Source: Escherichia phage vB_EcoM-Sa45lw | Reading direction: 5' to 3' (one strand) | Length of the DNA stretch: 64,000 nt | Sequence record: MK977694.1 | In this document: positions 31,371 to 43,700 of the stretch, in pieces | Numbering within the stretch: the first letter of the stretch is position 1 | How the letters are laid out: each line of letters begins with the position of its first letter | The notes under the pieces: generated by a model | What the model was told of the DNA's origin: nothing | The model's input: only the letters and a program-made list of their open reading frames with translations | Database searches by the model: none | Program-made: the position numbers and the translations under genes

Positions 31371-31867
31371 AAAGTTTTAATAACCTCTATAATATCGTCT
31401 TGAGAAAGACCGTTAATTAAAATATGATGTTCAGCTGGAGATTTAGAAATTTTAAAGCATGCCGCAACATCTTCTGCCATATCCGATGCGCTACGATTTG
31501 GATTACTAATTCCAAGACGATGTTTTCCCGTCAAAGGATTAACGATGATATAGCATTTACAGTTGTTGATATGAACATTAGGTTGAGTCTGATTAATAAA
31601 CACTTCACAATCATACTTAGCGAGTTGATTTTCTAAAAAGACTTTCATCTCCTCAACCGCATTAGGAAGCATATCACGGGCTTGCTCAAGACGACGATTT
31701 CGATATTCTTTAATGGTCGTTTTCCGCTTGACTTGCTTAGCTAAATCTTTCTTAAGATCAGTGATATATCCAACTCGACGATTTCCTTTGAATACAGAAA
31801 TCCCATCTGTAGTATCACCGTATGCTTCAGCGACCATTTCAGTAGTAATAAGCTGCAAATCCATCAT
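31361..31867 (-). CDS. alc: Alc, inhibitor of host transcription on cytosine-containing DNA
   Basis: 168 aa at the T4 alc position between pseT.3 and rnlA. Confidence 0.8.
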   Translation of the reverse strand: MMDLQLITTEMVAEAYGDTTDGISVFKGNRRVGYITDLKKDLAKQVKRKTTIKEYRNRRLEQARDMLPNAVEEMKVFLENQLAKYDCEVFINQTQPNVHINNCKCYIIVNPLTGKHRLGISNPNRSASDMAEDVAACFKISKSPAEHHILINGLSQDDIIEVIKTLCN

Positions 31868-31871
31868 AAAG

Positions 31872-31925
31872 TCCTCATGTTATGTCAGTAAGACTACTAT
31901 AACACAACACGAGGGACTTGTAAAC
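31872..31925 (-). repeat. 54 bp promoter-leader repeat, copy 2
   Basis: Identical to 16078-16131. Confidence 0.9.
31896..31925 (-). promoter_or_regulatory. Early promoter (GTTTACA, 17 bp, TATAGT) upstream of alc
   Basis: Part of 54 bp block identical to 16078-16131. Confidence 0.6.
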
Positions 31926-31928
31926 AGC

Positions 31929-33516
<1,588 letters not shown>

Positions 33517-33543
33517 AATAAAATGGGCCTTGCGGCCCACTCC

Positions 33544-34722
33544 TTAAAAGTATTTTTTAAAACTCATCATAACTTTATCATCAACATCATTATCAATCTG
33601 TGCAACAAGATAAGATGACAGTTCTACTTCTTGCGGCGCGGATTGAACATTATCAGAATTAAGGTATTCACGAATCCAAGGATATGGATGTTTAACCGGA
33701 GCATCGGTAATCGGGCATGGAAGACCACACTGTTTCATACGAGATACAGTTAAGTAATCAATAAAGCTCCACATGCTATTTGTATTTAATCCAGGAACAT
33801 CGCCATCTTTAAATAAATGAACTGCCCAATCTTTTTCTTGGCGGTTAACTTCCATGAAAATATCAACTGCTTCTTGTTCACACTCTTTGGCAATTTTAAC
33901 CCATTCATCACCATCAGTGCCAAGTTGAAGTTGACGAATAATATATTGGGTGCCTTTAAGGTGAAGCTGCTCATCACGTGCAATGAACTTCATAATCTTG
34001 GCATTACCTTCCATGATTTCCATGTTCTTATGGAAGTTAAAGGTACATGCGAAAGATACATAAAAACGAATAGCTTCCAATGCGTTGATTACATGCAGAC
34101 AAAGGTAAAGAGAACGCATTAGTTCGTATTTGCATTCTTCTACATGCATAAGGCTATTTGAATATGCGTCCAAATCATATTCATTCTCTGAAAAACACCT
34201 AAAAATTTCTTTTGCGTTTTCCCATTCACGAGTTTTCTCAATAACATCATCATAATAACGACCAATAGATTCAGCACGTTTCATGATAGCTTTATCTAAT
34301 ACAATCTCATCAAATACCTTTGACGGATCAGTATAAAGATTTCGCATAATATGAGTGTATGAACGACTGTGAATAGTTTCACTAAAAGTCCATGTAGCAA
34401 CCCATGTATCAAGGCTTGGATCTGAAATTAATGACATAAGTACAGCAGACGGTGCACGACCCTGAATGCTATCTAAAAGTGATTGATACTTCAGGTTATT
34501 AGTAAAAATATCTTGCTGATACTGGGGAAGCTTGTTAAATTGTGCAGCATCCATCATCAAGTTTACTTCTTCAGGACGCCAGAAAAATGACAATTGCTTT
34601 TCGGTTAAATCTTCAAAAACTTTATGACGTTGAATATCATAACGCGCAATACCAAGACCTGAACCGAAGAACATAGGTTCTTTTAAAACATCAACTGGAT
34701 TTGTATTAAAAACTGTGCTCAT
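33544..34722 (-). CDS. nrdB: Ribonucleotide reductase small subunit, uninterrupted
   Basis: Continuous 392 aa ORF; no intron. Confidence 0.95.
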   Translation of the reverse strand: MSTVFNTNPVDVLKEPMFFGSGLGIARYDIQRHKVFEDLTEKQLSFFWRPEEVNLMMDAAQFNKLPQYQQDIFTNNLKYQSLLDSIQGRAPSAVLMSLISDPSLDTWVATWTFSETIHSRSYTHIMRNLYTDPSKVFDEIVLDKAIMKRAESIGRYYDDVIEKTREWENAKEIFRCFSENEYDLDAYSNSLMHVEECKYELMRSLYLCLHVINALEAIRFYVSFACTFNFHKNMEIMEGNAKIMKFIARDEQLHLKGTQYIIRQLQLGTDGDEWVKIAKECEQEAVDIFMEVNRQEKDWAVHLFKDGDVPGLNTNSMWSFIDYLTVSRMKQCGLPCPITDAPVKHPYPWIREYLNSDNVQSAPQEVELSSYLVAQIDNDVDDKVMMSFKKYF

Positions 34723-34773
34723 AAATTTTCCGCTTAGTTAATAGATAGTGACTCGTCCGTGAGTCAAATTATA

Positions 34774-37038
34774 TCATAATTTACAGGATGAACAATCTTC
34801 AGCTTTTGGAGTTTCTATTTCATAATCATCAGTACCAGAACCGTCACGGGTATTATGATAATAGAAATTTTTTCCGCCAAAATACCAAAAATACAAAAGG
34901 TCATCAATCATTATTGACATTGGAACCTTTCCTTTTGGAAAAATCTGTGGGTCATAATATGTATTCGCTGAAGCTGATTGACATACCCATTTCAGCATAA
35001 TAGCTACCTGCGTAAGATAAGGTTTATTACCTTTCTTAGCTAATTTCCATGTATAATCATATAGGTCTATGTTATGTTCAATATTGGGCACGACTTGATT
35101 AAAGGAACCCTCTTTTGATTCTTTAACAGAGACTGGTCCACGTGGAGGCTCGATACCGTTTGTACTGTTAGAAACTTGGGAAGATGACTCACATGGCATA
35201 AGTGCTGATAGTGTGCTATTACGGATGCCAAAGAGCTTAAGGTCTTCCCGCAGCGACGACCAGTCACAAACGTATTTTGGAGCTGCGATTTGGTCAATCT
35301 TTTTATTGTACCAGTCGATAGGTAATTCGCCTCGAGACCAACGAGTGTCTGAATAATATTCACAAGGTCCTTTTTCTTTGGCGAGTTTAATGGATGCTTT
35401 AATGAGTCCATACTGTAATCTCTCAAATAGTTCATGTGTTAAATCGTTAGCATCTTCATAAGAAGCAAAGTTACTTGCCAACCAAGCTGCATAGTTAGTA
35501 ACACCTACACCGAGGTTACGACGCTTTTTAGCTTTTTCTGCTTCAGGAACTGGATATCCTTGGTAATCCAAAAGATTATCAAGAGCACGAACCTGGACTT
35601 CTGCCAATTCATTAATTTTATCTTGGTCTTGCCAGTCAAAATTATCTAATACGAATGCAGAGAGAGTACACAATCCAATTTCAGCATCAGGACTATTCAC
35701 ATCATTTGTTGGAATAGCAATTTCACAGCACAAGTTACTCTGACGAATAGGTGCCTTTTCACGAATAAACGGAGTATAGTTATTCGTATTATCAATGAAC
35801 TGTACATAAATCCTTGCTGTTCCTGAGCGTTCAGTCATGAGCAATTCAAATAGTTCACGAGCTTTAATACGCTTTTTACGAATATTAGGGTCTTTTTCTG
35901 CGGCTTCATACAATTCACGGAAACGGTCTTGGTCTTTAAAATAAGAATAATAAAGCTCTCCGCCCATTTCATGGGGACTGAACAAAGTAATGTAATCGTT
36001 CTTTCCGAATCGTTCCATCATCAAATCATTCAGCTGAACACCATAATCCATATGACGAATGCGGTTTTCTTCTACGCCTTTGTTATTTTTCAAAACAAGA
36101 AGATTTTCAACTTCCAAATGCCAAATAGGATAATAAGCAGTAGCAGCGCCGCCACGAATTCCACCCTGTGAGCATGATTTAACAGCAGTCTGAAAATGTT
36201 TCCAAAAAGGAATAACACCAGTATGGCGTACTTCACCCATGCCAATCTTAGAACCTTCAGCACGAATCATACCAACGTTAATACCAATTCCAGCACGTTT
36301 AGAGATATATTCAACAATTGAAGCGGAAGCCTTATTGATAGACTTTAATGAATCACCTGCCTCAATAACAACGCATGAACTAAACTGCCGAGTTGGAGTA
36401 CGGCAACCAGCCATAATAGGAGTTGGTAATGAAATCTGTCGAGTAGATACCGCTTCATAAAAACGGATAACATGTTTTAATCTATCAGCAGGTTCATCTT
36501 GATGCAATGCCATTCCAATAGTCATAAATGCAAACTGTGGAGTTTCATAAATTTGACCAGTGGTTTTATCTTTAACTAGATATTTTTCTTTTAATTGCAT
36601 CGCCCCAGAATAAGTAAATTCCATATCCCGCTCGTGCTTAATTTTTGATTCTAAAAATGTAATTTCTTCTGCTGAATATTTTGACAATAATTCAGGGTCA
36701 TATTTACCTTCATTTACACAGTAAGAAATATGGTCAATAAATGAACGTGGTTCATACTGCCCATAAACATGCTTACGAAGAGCAAACATTAAACAGCGTG
36801 CAGCTACATATTGATAATCAGGTTCTTCAACCGAAATAGAATTCGCAGCGGCCTTAATGACAATAGTCTGAATATCATCAGTTGTCATTCCATCACGGAG
36901 ATAAGATTTAATATTTTCATATAATTCATAAGGATCTACTGATGTTCCTTCAGCTGCCCAAGATAAAACTTTAATAATTTTTTGTGGGTCAAAGCTCTGA
37001 GAAACACCACTACTTTTGATAACATTAATTAATTGCAT
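34774..37038 (-). CDS. nrdA: Ribonucleotide reductase large subunit
   Basis: 754 aa; active-site NLCCEI; ATP-cone N-terminus. Confidence 0.97.
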   Translation of the reverse strand: MQLINVIKSSGVSQSFDPQKIIKVLSWAAEGTSVDPYELYENIKSYLRDGMTTDDIQTIVIKAAANSISVEEPDYQYVAARCLMFALRKHVYGQYEPRSFIDHISYCVNEGKYDPELLSKYSAEEITFLESKIKHERDMEFTYSGAMQLKEKYLVKDKTTGQIYETPQFAFMTIGMALHQDEPADRLKHVIRFYEAVSTRQISLPTPIMAGCRTPTRQFSSCVVIEAGDSLKSINKASASIVEYISKRAGIGINVGMIRAEGSKIGMGEVRHTGVIPFWKHFQTAVKSCSQGGIRGGAATAYYPIWHLEVENLLVLKNNKGVEENRIRHMDYGVQLNDLMMERFGKNDYITLFSPHEMGGELYYSYFKDQDRFRELYEAAEKDPNIRKKRIKARELFELLMTERSGTARIYVQFIDNTNNYTPFIREKAPIRQSNLCCEIAIPTNDVNSPDAEIGLCTLSAFVLDNFDWQDQDKINELAEVQVRALDNLLDYQGYPVPEAEKAKKRRNLGVGVTNYAAWLASNFASYEDANDLTHELFERLQYGLIKASIKLAKEKGPCEYYSDTRWSRGELPIDWYNKKIDQIAAPKYVCDWSSLREDLKLFGIRNSTLSALMPCESSSQVSNSTNGIEPPRGPVSVKESKEGSFNQVVPNIEHNIDLYDYTWKLAKKGNKPYLTQVAIMLKWVCQSASANTYYDPQIFPKGKVPMSIMIDDLLYFWYFGGKNFYYHNTRDGSGTDDYEIETPKAEDCSSCKL

Positions 37039-37355
37039 AAGTCCTCAACTTGAAAATCGTCTTTAAACAATCGGTTAACTATATGAGCTATTATATCACC
37101 ATGACACGGCTTTGGTTTACATGTGCATCCTAGCCTCATTCCACGTAAAGGCTCTAAATGTGCTTTAGTTATTTCTCCGGATTTAATTCGACGTATAAAA
37201 TCTTTTTTGAATAATTCAATGGCAGCCTCCCGGCTGCCAGCATCTTTACCGACGTAATTTCCCCAAAATGTACCACGGTGAATATTAACATCAAAGTCGG
37301 ATTTATATTTATTCACTACTCGGCATATACGGCCTGCGCGGTTGTAAGTGTTCAT
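37029..37355 (-). CDS. Hypothetical protein (nrdA.1 position)
   Basis: 108 aa ORF. Confidence 0.55.
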   Translation of the reverse strand: MNTYNRAGRICRVVNKYKSDFDVNIHRGTFWGNYVGKDAGSREAAIELFKKDFIRRIKSGEITKAHLEPLRGMRLGCTCKPKPCHGDIIAHIVNRLFKDDFQVEDLCN

Positions 37356-37572
37356 ATTGTTCTTCCGTTAAAACAGTAATATCGTAGTAACAGTCAGAAG
37401 AAGTTTTAACTGTGGAAATTTTATTATCAAAATACTCACGAGTCATTTTATGAGTATAATATTTTTTGCCATAAATGATAATAGGCTGATTTGGTCCTGG
37501 AACTTCTAACTCACTTGGATTAGGAAGTGTAAAAAGAACTACACCAGAAGTATCTTTAAATCGTAAAATCAT
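37309..37572 (-). CDS. Hypothetical protein (nrdA.2 position)
   Basis: ATG at 37572 (ORF-track start is TTG); 87 aa. Confidence 0.45.
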   Translation of the reverse strand: MILRFKDTSGVVLFTLPNPSELEVPGPNQPIIIYGKKYYTHKMTREYFDNKISTVKTSSDCYYDITVLTEEQYEHLQPRRPYMPSSE

Positions 37573-37592
37573 ATATCCTCGCAATAATAAAA

Positions 37593-38453
37593 TTACACCG
37601 CCATCTTTCCTTTAATAGGAGGATGTGATTCATAGTTGTTAAGAACAAAATTATGAGGCTTTGCAAATTGACTCAACCAAAATACCTGCGATTCTGTGTC
37701 CCATTCATCAAATTCATCTGGAAATTTTAATTGTAATTCGCATAAATCCATAGGTTCACGACATAAAATTTCTTTACATTGTTCTACGTGATTCATATAG
37801 ATATGAGTATTACCACCAGAAAATATCAAATCTCCCGGAATAAGATTACACATCTTAGCTACAATATGAACTAACGTAGCATATGATGCAATATTAAATG
37901 GAAGACCGAGGAAAACATCTACCGAACGTTGATACCACTGAAGGTCAAGGTATCCATTACGCACATTAAACTGATAGAACATATGACAAGGCGGTAATGC
38001 CATATATTTAAGTTCAGCTGGATTCCACGCAGAAACAATTTGACGCCTATCATTTGGCAGTTTTTTAATACGATCAATAACTTCTATAATTTGATCTACA
38101 CCGCCAAAATCACGCCACTGTTTTCCATAAATTGGACCAAGTTCACCGCTATGGTATCCTAAATCTTTTGCTTGATTTTCGTAATTTTCATCCCAGACTG
38201 TTTTGCCTTGAATTAATGAATCATGTTGAATTAATCGCAAATCATTGACATTTGTGCTTCCTGATAAAAACCATATTAGCTCAGCAATGCATGCATTCCA
38301 GGCGAGCTTTTTAGTTGTTACTGCAGGAAAACCTTTGGTTAAATCCCAACGCAATTTAGTACCGAACAAAGCAATTGTTCCTGTACCCGTTCGGTCATCG
38401 GTTTCATAGCCATTTTCAAAAATGTCTTTAATTAAATCTTGGTATTGTTTCAT
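37593..38453 (-). CDS. td: Thymidylate synthase, uninterrupted
   Basis: Continuous 286 aa ORF with active-site LPPCH; no intron. Confidence 0.97.
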   Translation of the reverse strand: MKQYQDLIKDIFENGYETDDRTGTGTIALFGTKLRWDLTKGFPAVTTKKLAWNACIAELIWFLSGSTNVNDLRLIQHDSLIQGKTVWDENYENQAKDLGYHSGELGPIYGKQWRDFGGVDQIIEVIDRIKKLPNDRRQIVSAWNPAELKYMALPPCHMFYQFNVRNGYLDLQWYQRSVDVFLGLPFNIASYATLVHIVAKMCNLIPGDLIFSGGNTHIYMNHVEQCKEILCREPMDLCELQLKFPDEFDEWDTESQVFWLSQFAKPHNFVLNNYESHPPIKGKMAV

Positions 38454-38498
38454 TTAGTACCTTATATAAATTATAATACATTTTATGAAGCTAAATAA

Positions 38499-38846
38499 TC
38501 AATACGGTTTAGCATCAAATTTTCTCTCAATTTCAGGCGTGAAATATAATTCTTTACCGCGTTTGGAAAAGCGACCAATAATATGATAATTATTCTCATC
38601 AAACGTGATATTACCAATATCCATAGCTTTCAACCAAATATCGATATTTCTATCCAGCTTTATGTCAAAATTCCAATACGGAGAACTATTACCGAAAATA
38701 CTACAAGCGGATTCAGTGAAACAACTGCTATAAATCTTGTCTTTAGGAACTACTAATTGATAGACACCTTTAATAAACTGAGGACCCTGCCACTTTGGCT
38801 GTTTCTCATCTTTTTCTAATAGAATAGGGTAATAATTAAAATTCAT
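38499..38846 (-). CDS. Hypothetical protein inserted between frd and td
   Basis: 115 aa ORF MNFNYYPILLEKDEKQPKW...; no recognisable motif. Confidence 0.6.
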   Translation of the reverse strand: MNFNYYPILLEKDEKQPKWQGPQFIKGVYQLVVPKDKIYSSCFTESACSIFGNSSPYWNFDIKLDRNIDIWLKAMDIGNITFDENNYHIIGRFSKRGKELYFTPEIERKFDAKPY

Positions 38847-38865
38847 ATTTCCGCCACGCGTTATT

Positions 38866-39824
<959 letters not shown>

Positions 39825-39877
39825 TTTTTAAAGCATTGCATAATAGAATTCATCATTCATAAACTCAAATACAAAAA

Positions 39878-40237
39878 TTATATTATCTCCCATCGAAAAG
39901 GGTCAGGAGCATATCCGATAGAATTAATCATTTTAACTAAAGTTACCATTCCTTTGTTAACTGCTTGTGCGATTTCATCAAAAACTTCATCGCTATCATC
40001 ATAAAGGTCATTAAAAAGTTCTAACACGTTCTTCTGAACTTTTAATTTACAGCCAACAAATTCGCCTACAGTAAATTCGTTTCCGCCAACTCCAGCGTAA
40101 AACGTAATTACACCAGTTAATGGTCTTTCACTAGAACATAGGTCGTGTGATAAATTAATATAAGCCGTCCCGGGTGCAGTTTTAAGTTGGCAACGAATAC
40201 TTACTCGAGCAATTCCAGCTACACGAATGTCAGACAT
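39878..40237 (-). CDS. Hypothetical protein (frd.2 position)
   Basis: 119 aa ORF. Confidence 0.55.
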   Translation of the reverse strand: MSDIRVAGIARVSIRCQLKTAPGTAYINLSHDLCSSERPLTGVITFYAGVGGNEFTVGEFVGCKLKVQKNVLELFNDLYDDSDEVFDEIAQAVNKGMVTLVKMINSIGYAPDPFRWEII

Positions 40238-40247
40238 ATTATTTTCC

Positions 40248-40490
40248 TCAAATAGACTTTTTCACAATTTTCCAATCAGCTTTAAACTGCTCGACGTCAG
40301 AATGGTAAATCCAAAATCCTGCGCTTTCTCCATCCTCATAAAGAGGGCATCCATCACATTCATCTTCCCATCCCATATCGCGTAAAAGGTGTTCAGCTTT
40401 TTCAACAAGTTCAGAATCTTTACCGATGATATTAAAATACCATTTACCTCTAACTTCTGAATCTTTGATACTCTGACGTTGTAATCTCAT
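40248..40490 (-). CDS. Hypothetical protein (frd.3 position)
   Basis: 80 aa ORF. Confidence 0.5.
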   Translation of the reverse strand: MRLQRQSIKDSEVRGKWYFNIIGKDSELVEKAEHLLRDMGWEDECDGCPLYEDGESAGFWIYHSDVEQFKADWKIVKKSI

Positions 40491-40599
40491 TTTATTCTCC
40501 TTAGCAAGCTTTAATCAAAAGATATAAACAGACCAACATAACTGCTGCCATAATATAAGGTGCGAACATTTTCTTTTCTCCATTAGTTTTGATAGGGTA

Positions 40600-40629
40600 A
40601 TAGTATCACACTACTACCCCGTTGTAAAC
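40600..40629 (-). promoter_or_regulatory. Early promoter (GTTTACA, 17 bp, TACTAT)
   Basis: Hexamers on - strand; followed by GGAG and a 22-codon hydrophobic mini-ORF. Confidence 0.45.
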
Positions 40630-40631
40630 AA

Positions 40632-40892
40632 TTATTTTTGAATTTTATCGAGCCACTTACCAAGCTTAATCATTTCTTTAGTAGCCTTTTCCATACTTCT
40701 GAACTTAACCAATAGAGGATAGGTATCGACACCCATAACTAAACTGGTTACAAGACTGTGTTCACCCACAAGCCATAATGAATACGTTTGAATATCGAGC
40801 CCGTAATTTCTGTCTTTATGGACCCGTACACCCATCACTTCAAATTTCTCACTAGCTTTTTCTACCGCATCCAGGAAATCATCTTTAGTCAT
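40632..40892 (-). CDS. Hypothetical protein
   Basis: 86 aa from ATG at 40892, one nt after the stop of the upstream ORF. Confidence 0.5.
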   Translation of the reverse strand: MTKDDFLDAVEKASEKFEVMGVRVHKDRNYGLDIQTYSLWLVGEHSLVTSLVMGVDTYPLLVKFRSMEKATKEMIKLGKWLDKIQK

Positions 40893-40893
40893 A

Positions 40894-41295
40894 TTAGGCC
40901 TTAAAAGTTTTTCGCAAAAGTTCAATGATTTCATCTACATTGTTTTCATCAACAATGCAGTGAATTTTTGTCACGTCAGAAACCTTGTCTTCGATTTCAT
41001 CTTCTTCAGAAGTCGGTTCTTTATATTCGCGGAAACAATAAAACTCTTCTTCACGAAGTTCAAAATAATCATCATCCATACCATCATCATTATAGATTTC
41101 ACCATTAGCACAAATGATTTCGGTTACATAATCAAAGCCATCTAAACTTAATATTGATTTAACTTCAAACCAACCACCATTTTCTTGAATGATGCCGACC
41201 ATACTAGCATTTAATGAACTAATATCAATGAAAGATTTAATATGACGTGGATTTAACTCGTATTTTTTTTCCAACTTCCACTTTGATTTCCTCAT
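40894..41295 (-). CDS. Hypothetical acidic protein
   Basis: 133 aa, net charge about -15, D/E-rich C-terminal half. Confidence 0.55.
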   Translation of the reverse strand: MRKSKWKLEKKYELNPRHIKSFIDISSLNASMVGIIQENGGWFEVKSILSLDGFDYVTEIICANGEIYNDDGMDDDYFELREEEFYCFREYKEPTSEEDEIEDKVSDVTKIHCIVDENNVDEIIELLRKTFKA

Positions 41296-41327
41296 TTTAA
41301 CGGGGCTATCAAATAGCCCCTTGATAA

Positions 41328-41558
41328 TTATTGTTCAATCAGTCCCATGTAAAATTCTGCGTCTTCAGAATCCATGCCATCGCAATATTCATTAGCCATA
41401 AAGCGGGTAAGGTCTTCAAGAGGACCTTCAATGACAATAGAAAAATTGCAATAATTGGGATCATCATGAATACTTGTGATACTAAGTTCAGGATAACGAT
41501 TACGAATAATCTCTTCAATATATTCAAAATCAACGATGTCAATATCAACTTTAGCCAT
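41328..41558 (-). CDS. Hypothetical small acidic protein
   Basis: 76 aa from ATG 41558 with SD AGAGGAAA; net charge about -15. Confidence 0.5.
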   Translation of the reverse strand: MAKVDIDIVDFEYIEEIIRNRYPELSITSIHDDPNYCNFSIVIEGPLEDLTRFMANEYCDGMDSEDAEFYMGLIEQ

Positions 41559-41601
41559 ATTATTTTCCTCTTTAATCATCAGCAGTATTGCCGATAGTTG
41601 T

Positions 41602-41631
41602 ATAGTACCATAAAGCCTTATGTTTGTAAAC
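41602..41631 (-). promoter_or_regulatory. Early promoter (GTTTACA, 17 bp, TACTAT) immediately downstream of the gene 32 terminator
   Basis: Near-identical to the cassette at 58309-58338. Confidence 0.55.
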
Positions 41632-41652
41632 CGTTTTGTGAAAAAATTTTTG

Positions 41653-41681
41653 AAATAAAAAAGGGGACCTCTAGGGTCCCC
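41653..41681 (-). terminator. Gene 32 terminator
   Basis: GGGGACC-ctaga-GGTCCCC followed by TTTTTTATTT on - strand. Confidence 0.8.
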
Positions 41682-41703
41682 AATTAATTAGTAATATAAT
41701 CTA

Positions 41704-42612
41704 TTAAAGGTCATTCAAAAGGTCATCCAGGTCCGTGTCATCAGCACTAGATGAACTGCCAGAGCTTGAGCTCATAAAATCATCTTCAGTTTTTGTATTG
41801 AAGTCATCAACATTGAATGCATCCAAATCATCAGCAACTTTATCAGCTTTCTTAGCAGCAGTTGCAGCGGCACCGCCCATCACAGCAGTTCCCATAACTT
41901 GACCGAATTTAGTATTCAGTTCTTCAAACGATTTGAATTTATCTTTAGAAGTCATTTCAGAAAGGTCAACCATTTGTTCGAACAGTTCTTTCTGGAAAGA
42001 TTCATCGTCAATGTTTGGAATCGCAGATTGATTCAGGAATTTAGATTCGTCGTAGTTACTAAAACCAGAAACTTGTTTAACTTTCAGTACAAAGTTAGCA
42101 CCTTCCCACGGACAAGTTACATCAACCGGAGTTTCACCCATTTCAACATCAACTGCAATCATTGCATTGATTTTATCCCAGATTTTCTTACCGAAACGAT
42201 ATTTAAATACTTTACCTTCGTTTTCTGGAGCAGCTGGATCTTTTACAACAAGAATGTTAGCCCAGTAAGAAGTTTTACGTTTAACAAGACCGTACTCTTT
42301 ATTGTCAGTGTTGTACAAATCATTTTTACTGATGTACTGACATACTGGGCAAGAATCGTAATCACCGTGGGTAGATGAACAGTTTTCAATATACCATTTA
42401 CCATTTTTCTTGAAACCGTGATTTACAAGAATTGCGAATGGTGCTTGTTCATCATTTTTAGACGGAAGAAAACGAATTACTGCTTGACCGTTACCCGCAT
42501 TGTCGAGTTTCAGTTTCCACTCGCCTTTATCTTCAGAAGAAAAACCACCTTTATTTCCAGCCAGTTTAGCCATTTGCGCAGCGAGTTCAGCAGTAGATTT
42601 ACGTTTAAACAT
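41704..42612 (-). CDS. 32: Single-stranded DNA-binding protein gp32
   Basis: 302 aa; zinc site [14 protein letters not shown]; acidic C-terminal tail. Confidence 0.97.
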   Translation of the reverse strand: MFKRKSTAELAAQMAKLAGNKGGFSSEDKGEWKLKLDNAGNGQAVIRFLPSKNDEQAPFAILVNHGFKKNGKWYIENCSSTHGDYDSCPVCQYISKNDLYNTDNKEYGLVKRKTSYWANILVVKDPAAPENEGKVFKYRFGKKIWDKINAMIAVDVEMGETPVDVTCPWEGANFVLKVKQVSGFSNYDESKFLNQSAIPNIDDESFQKELFEQMVDLSEMTSKDKFKSFEELNTKFGQVMGTAVMGGAAATAAKKADKVADDLDAFNVDDFNTKTEDDFMSSSSGSSSSADDTDLDDLLNDL

Positions 42613-42711
42613 TTTTATTTCCTTTTTAATTTAATTAACAGTTGGTGCTATGACGATGTATGACCTCATAGCTGGTCAGTGAGATAATTATAATCTATTT
42701 ATAATAAGCAA

Positions 42712-43365
42712 TTAATACTTGCAAGATTTCACAGTTTCAATAAAAACTTTTTTAGCTTCCTGTGAATCGATATTTAAAATTTTTCTATAAGCTTTTAACT
42801 TTATAGAATAATTGTTCCAAACTAAATTATCAGTTTGTTCATCATGTTTATCAATTATATTTAAAAACGAATCAAGCAAGATAAACGTCTCAAACGAAAT
42901 TATGTTCGATTGCAGAAGTTTAAAAATATAACTTGATTGAACTTTTGGATTATATTCAAAAATTTCTTTAAAAGCAGAAACTTCAACTTTTTTACTAAAA
43001 TAATAAATGTTGCGAATATCTTCTTCAAACTTAAATTTAATTTGCTTTAAGCGTCCGATATATTCACGATAAAACACAAGTGCATCAGCGTCAGAGATGT
43101 CGCCAATCCAAGCATCTTGGTTAGCAACCAAATTACTTATAAAGATTAAAGCAAGTTCCTTTAATTTATATTTTTCTGATAACTTCTGGAAAAAATACTT
43201 ATCCCTTCGCTTTTGATAAGCGGCATCAGACACCCGCATGCACCAATTATACTTAATAACATCATACTTTCCATTCATATGTTGTTTTATCATTAAGTAT
43301 AATTTATAAACTGATTTACCATCAATGTATCTTTCACCACCAGCAGGCATGCGGAGTTTAATCAT
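42712..43365 (-). CDS. 59: Helicase loader gp59
   Basis: 217 aa, T4 gp59 length and position. Confidence 0.9.
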   Translation of the reverse strand: MIKLRMPAGGERYIDGKSVYKLYLMIKQHMNGKYDVIKYNWCMRVSDAAYQKRRDKYFFQKLSEKYKLKELALIFISNLVANQDAWIGDISDADALVFYREYIGRLKQIKFKFEEDIRNIYYFSKKVEVSAFKEIFEYNPKVQSSYIFKLLQSNIISFETFILLDSFLNIIDKHDEQTDNLVWNNYSIKLKAYRKILNIDSQEAKKVFIETVKSCKY

Positions 43366-43700
43366 AGTAGAAAATCTAATGTATTAGTTTTTTCACAGCG
43401 AACAACAGAAGGACGTAAAAGATTTTCGTCAATGGCTTCTGACTGAATTTTTTCAATTATACCCGAAGGAATAAATTTAGCAAATTGAGTTTCAGGAATA
43501 GAGTTTTCTTCCAAGAATGCTGTCGTAGCTTCAAGATAACTCATTCCAAACTCTTCTACCATTTTTTCAATGATAAATCCATTTTCTTGTCGATCAAGAA
43601 GCTTTGCGATTTCATCTTTTTCCTTTTTAAGGGAAAGTTCTTTTTCTGAAAGCCCGGCCTCATCGACCGGACGAATATCATTTAGAGAAAACTGTGTCAT
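43362..43700 (-). CDS. 33: Late transcription co-activator gp33
   Basis: 112 aa from MTQFSLNDIRPVDE. Confidence 0.85.
   Translation of the reverse strand: MTQFSLNDIRPVDEAGLSEKELSLKKEKDEIAKLLDRQENGFIIEKMVEEFGMSYLEATTAFLEENSIPETQFAKFIPSGIIEKIQSEAIDENLLRPSVVRCEKTNTLDFLL

Noticed and set aside
41899-42378. 159 aa + strand ORF opposite gene 32
   Set aside because: Antisense to the strongly supported gp32 gene; low-complexity F/N/R-rich translation.
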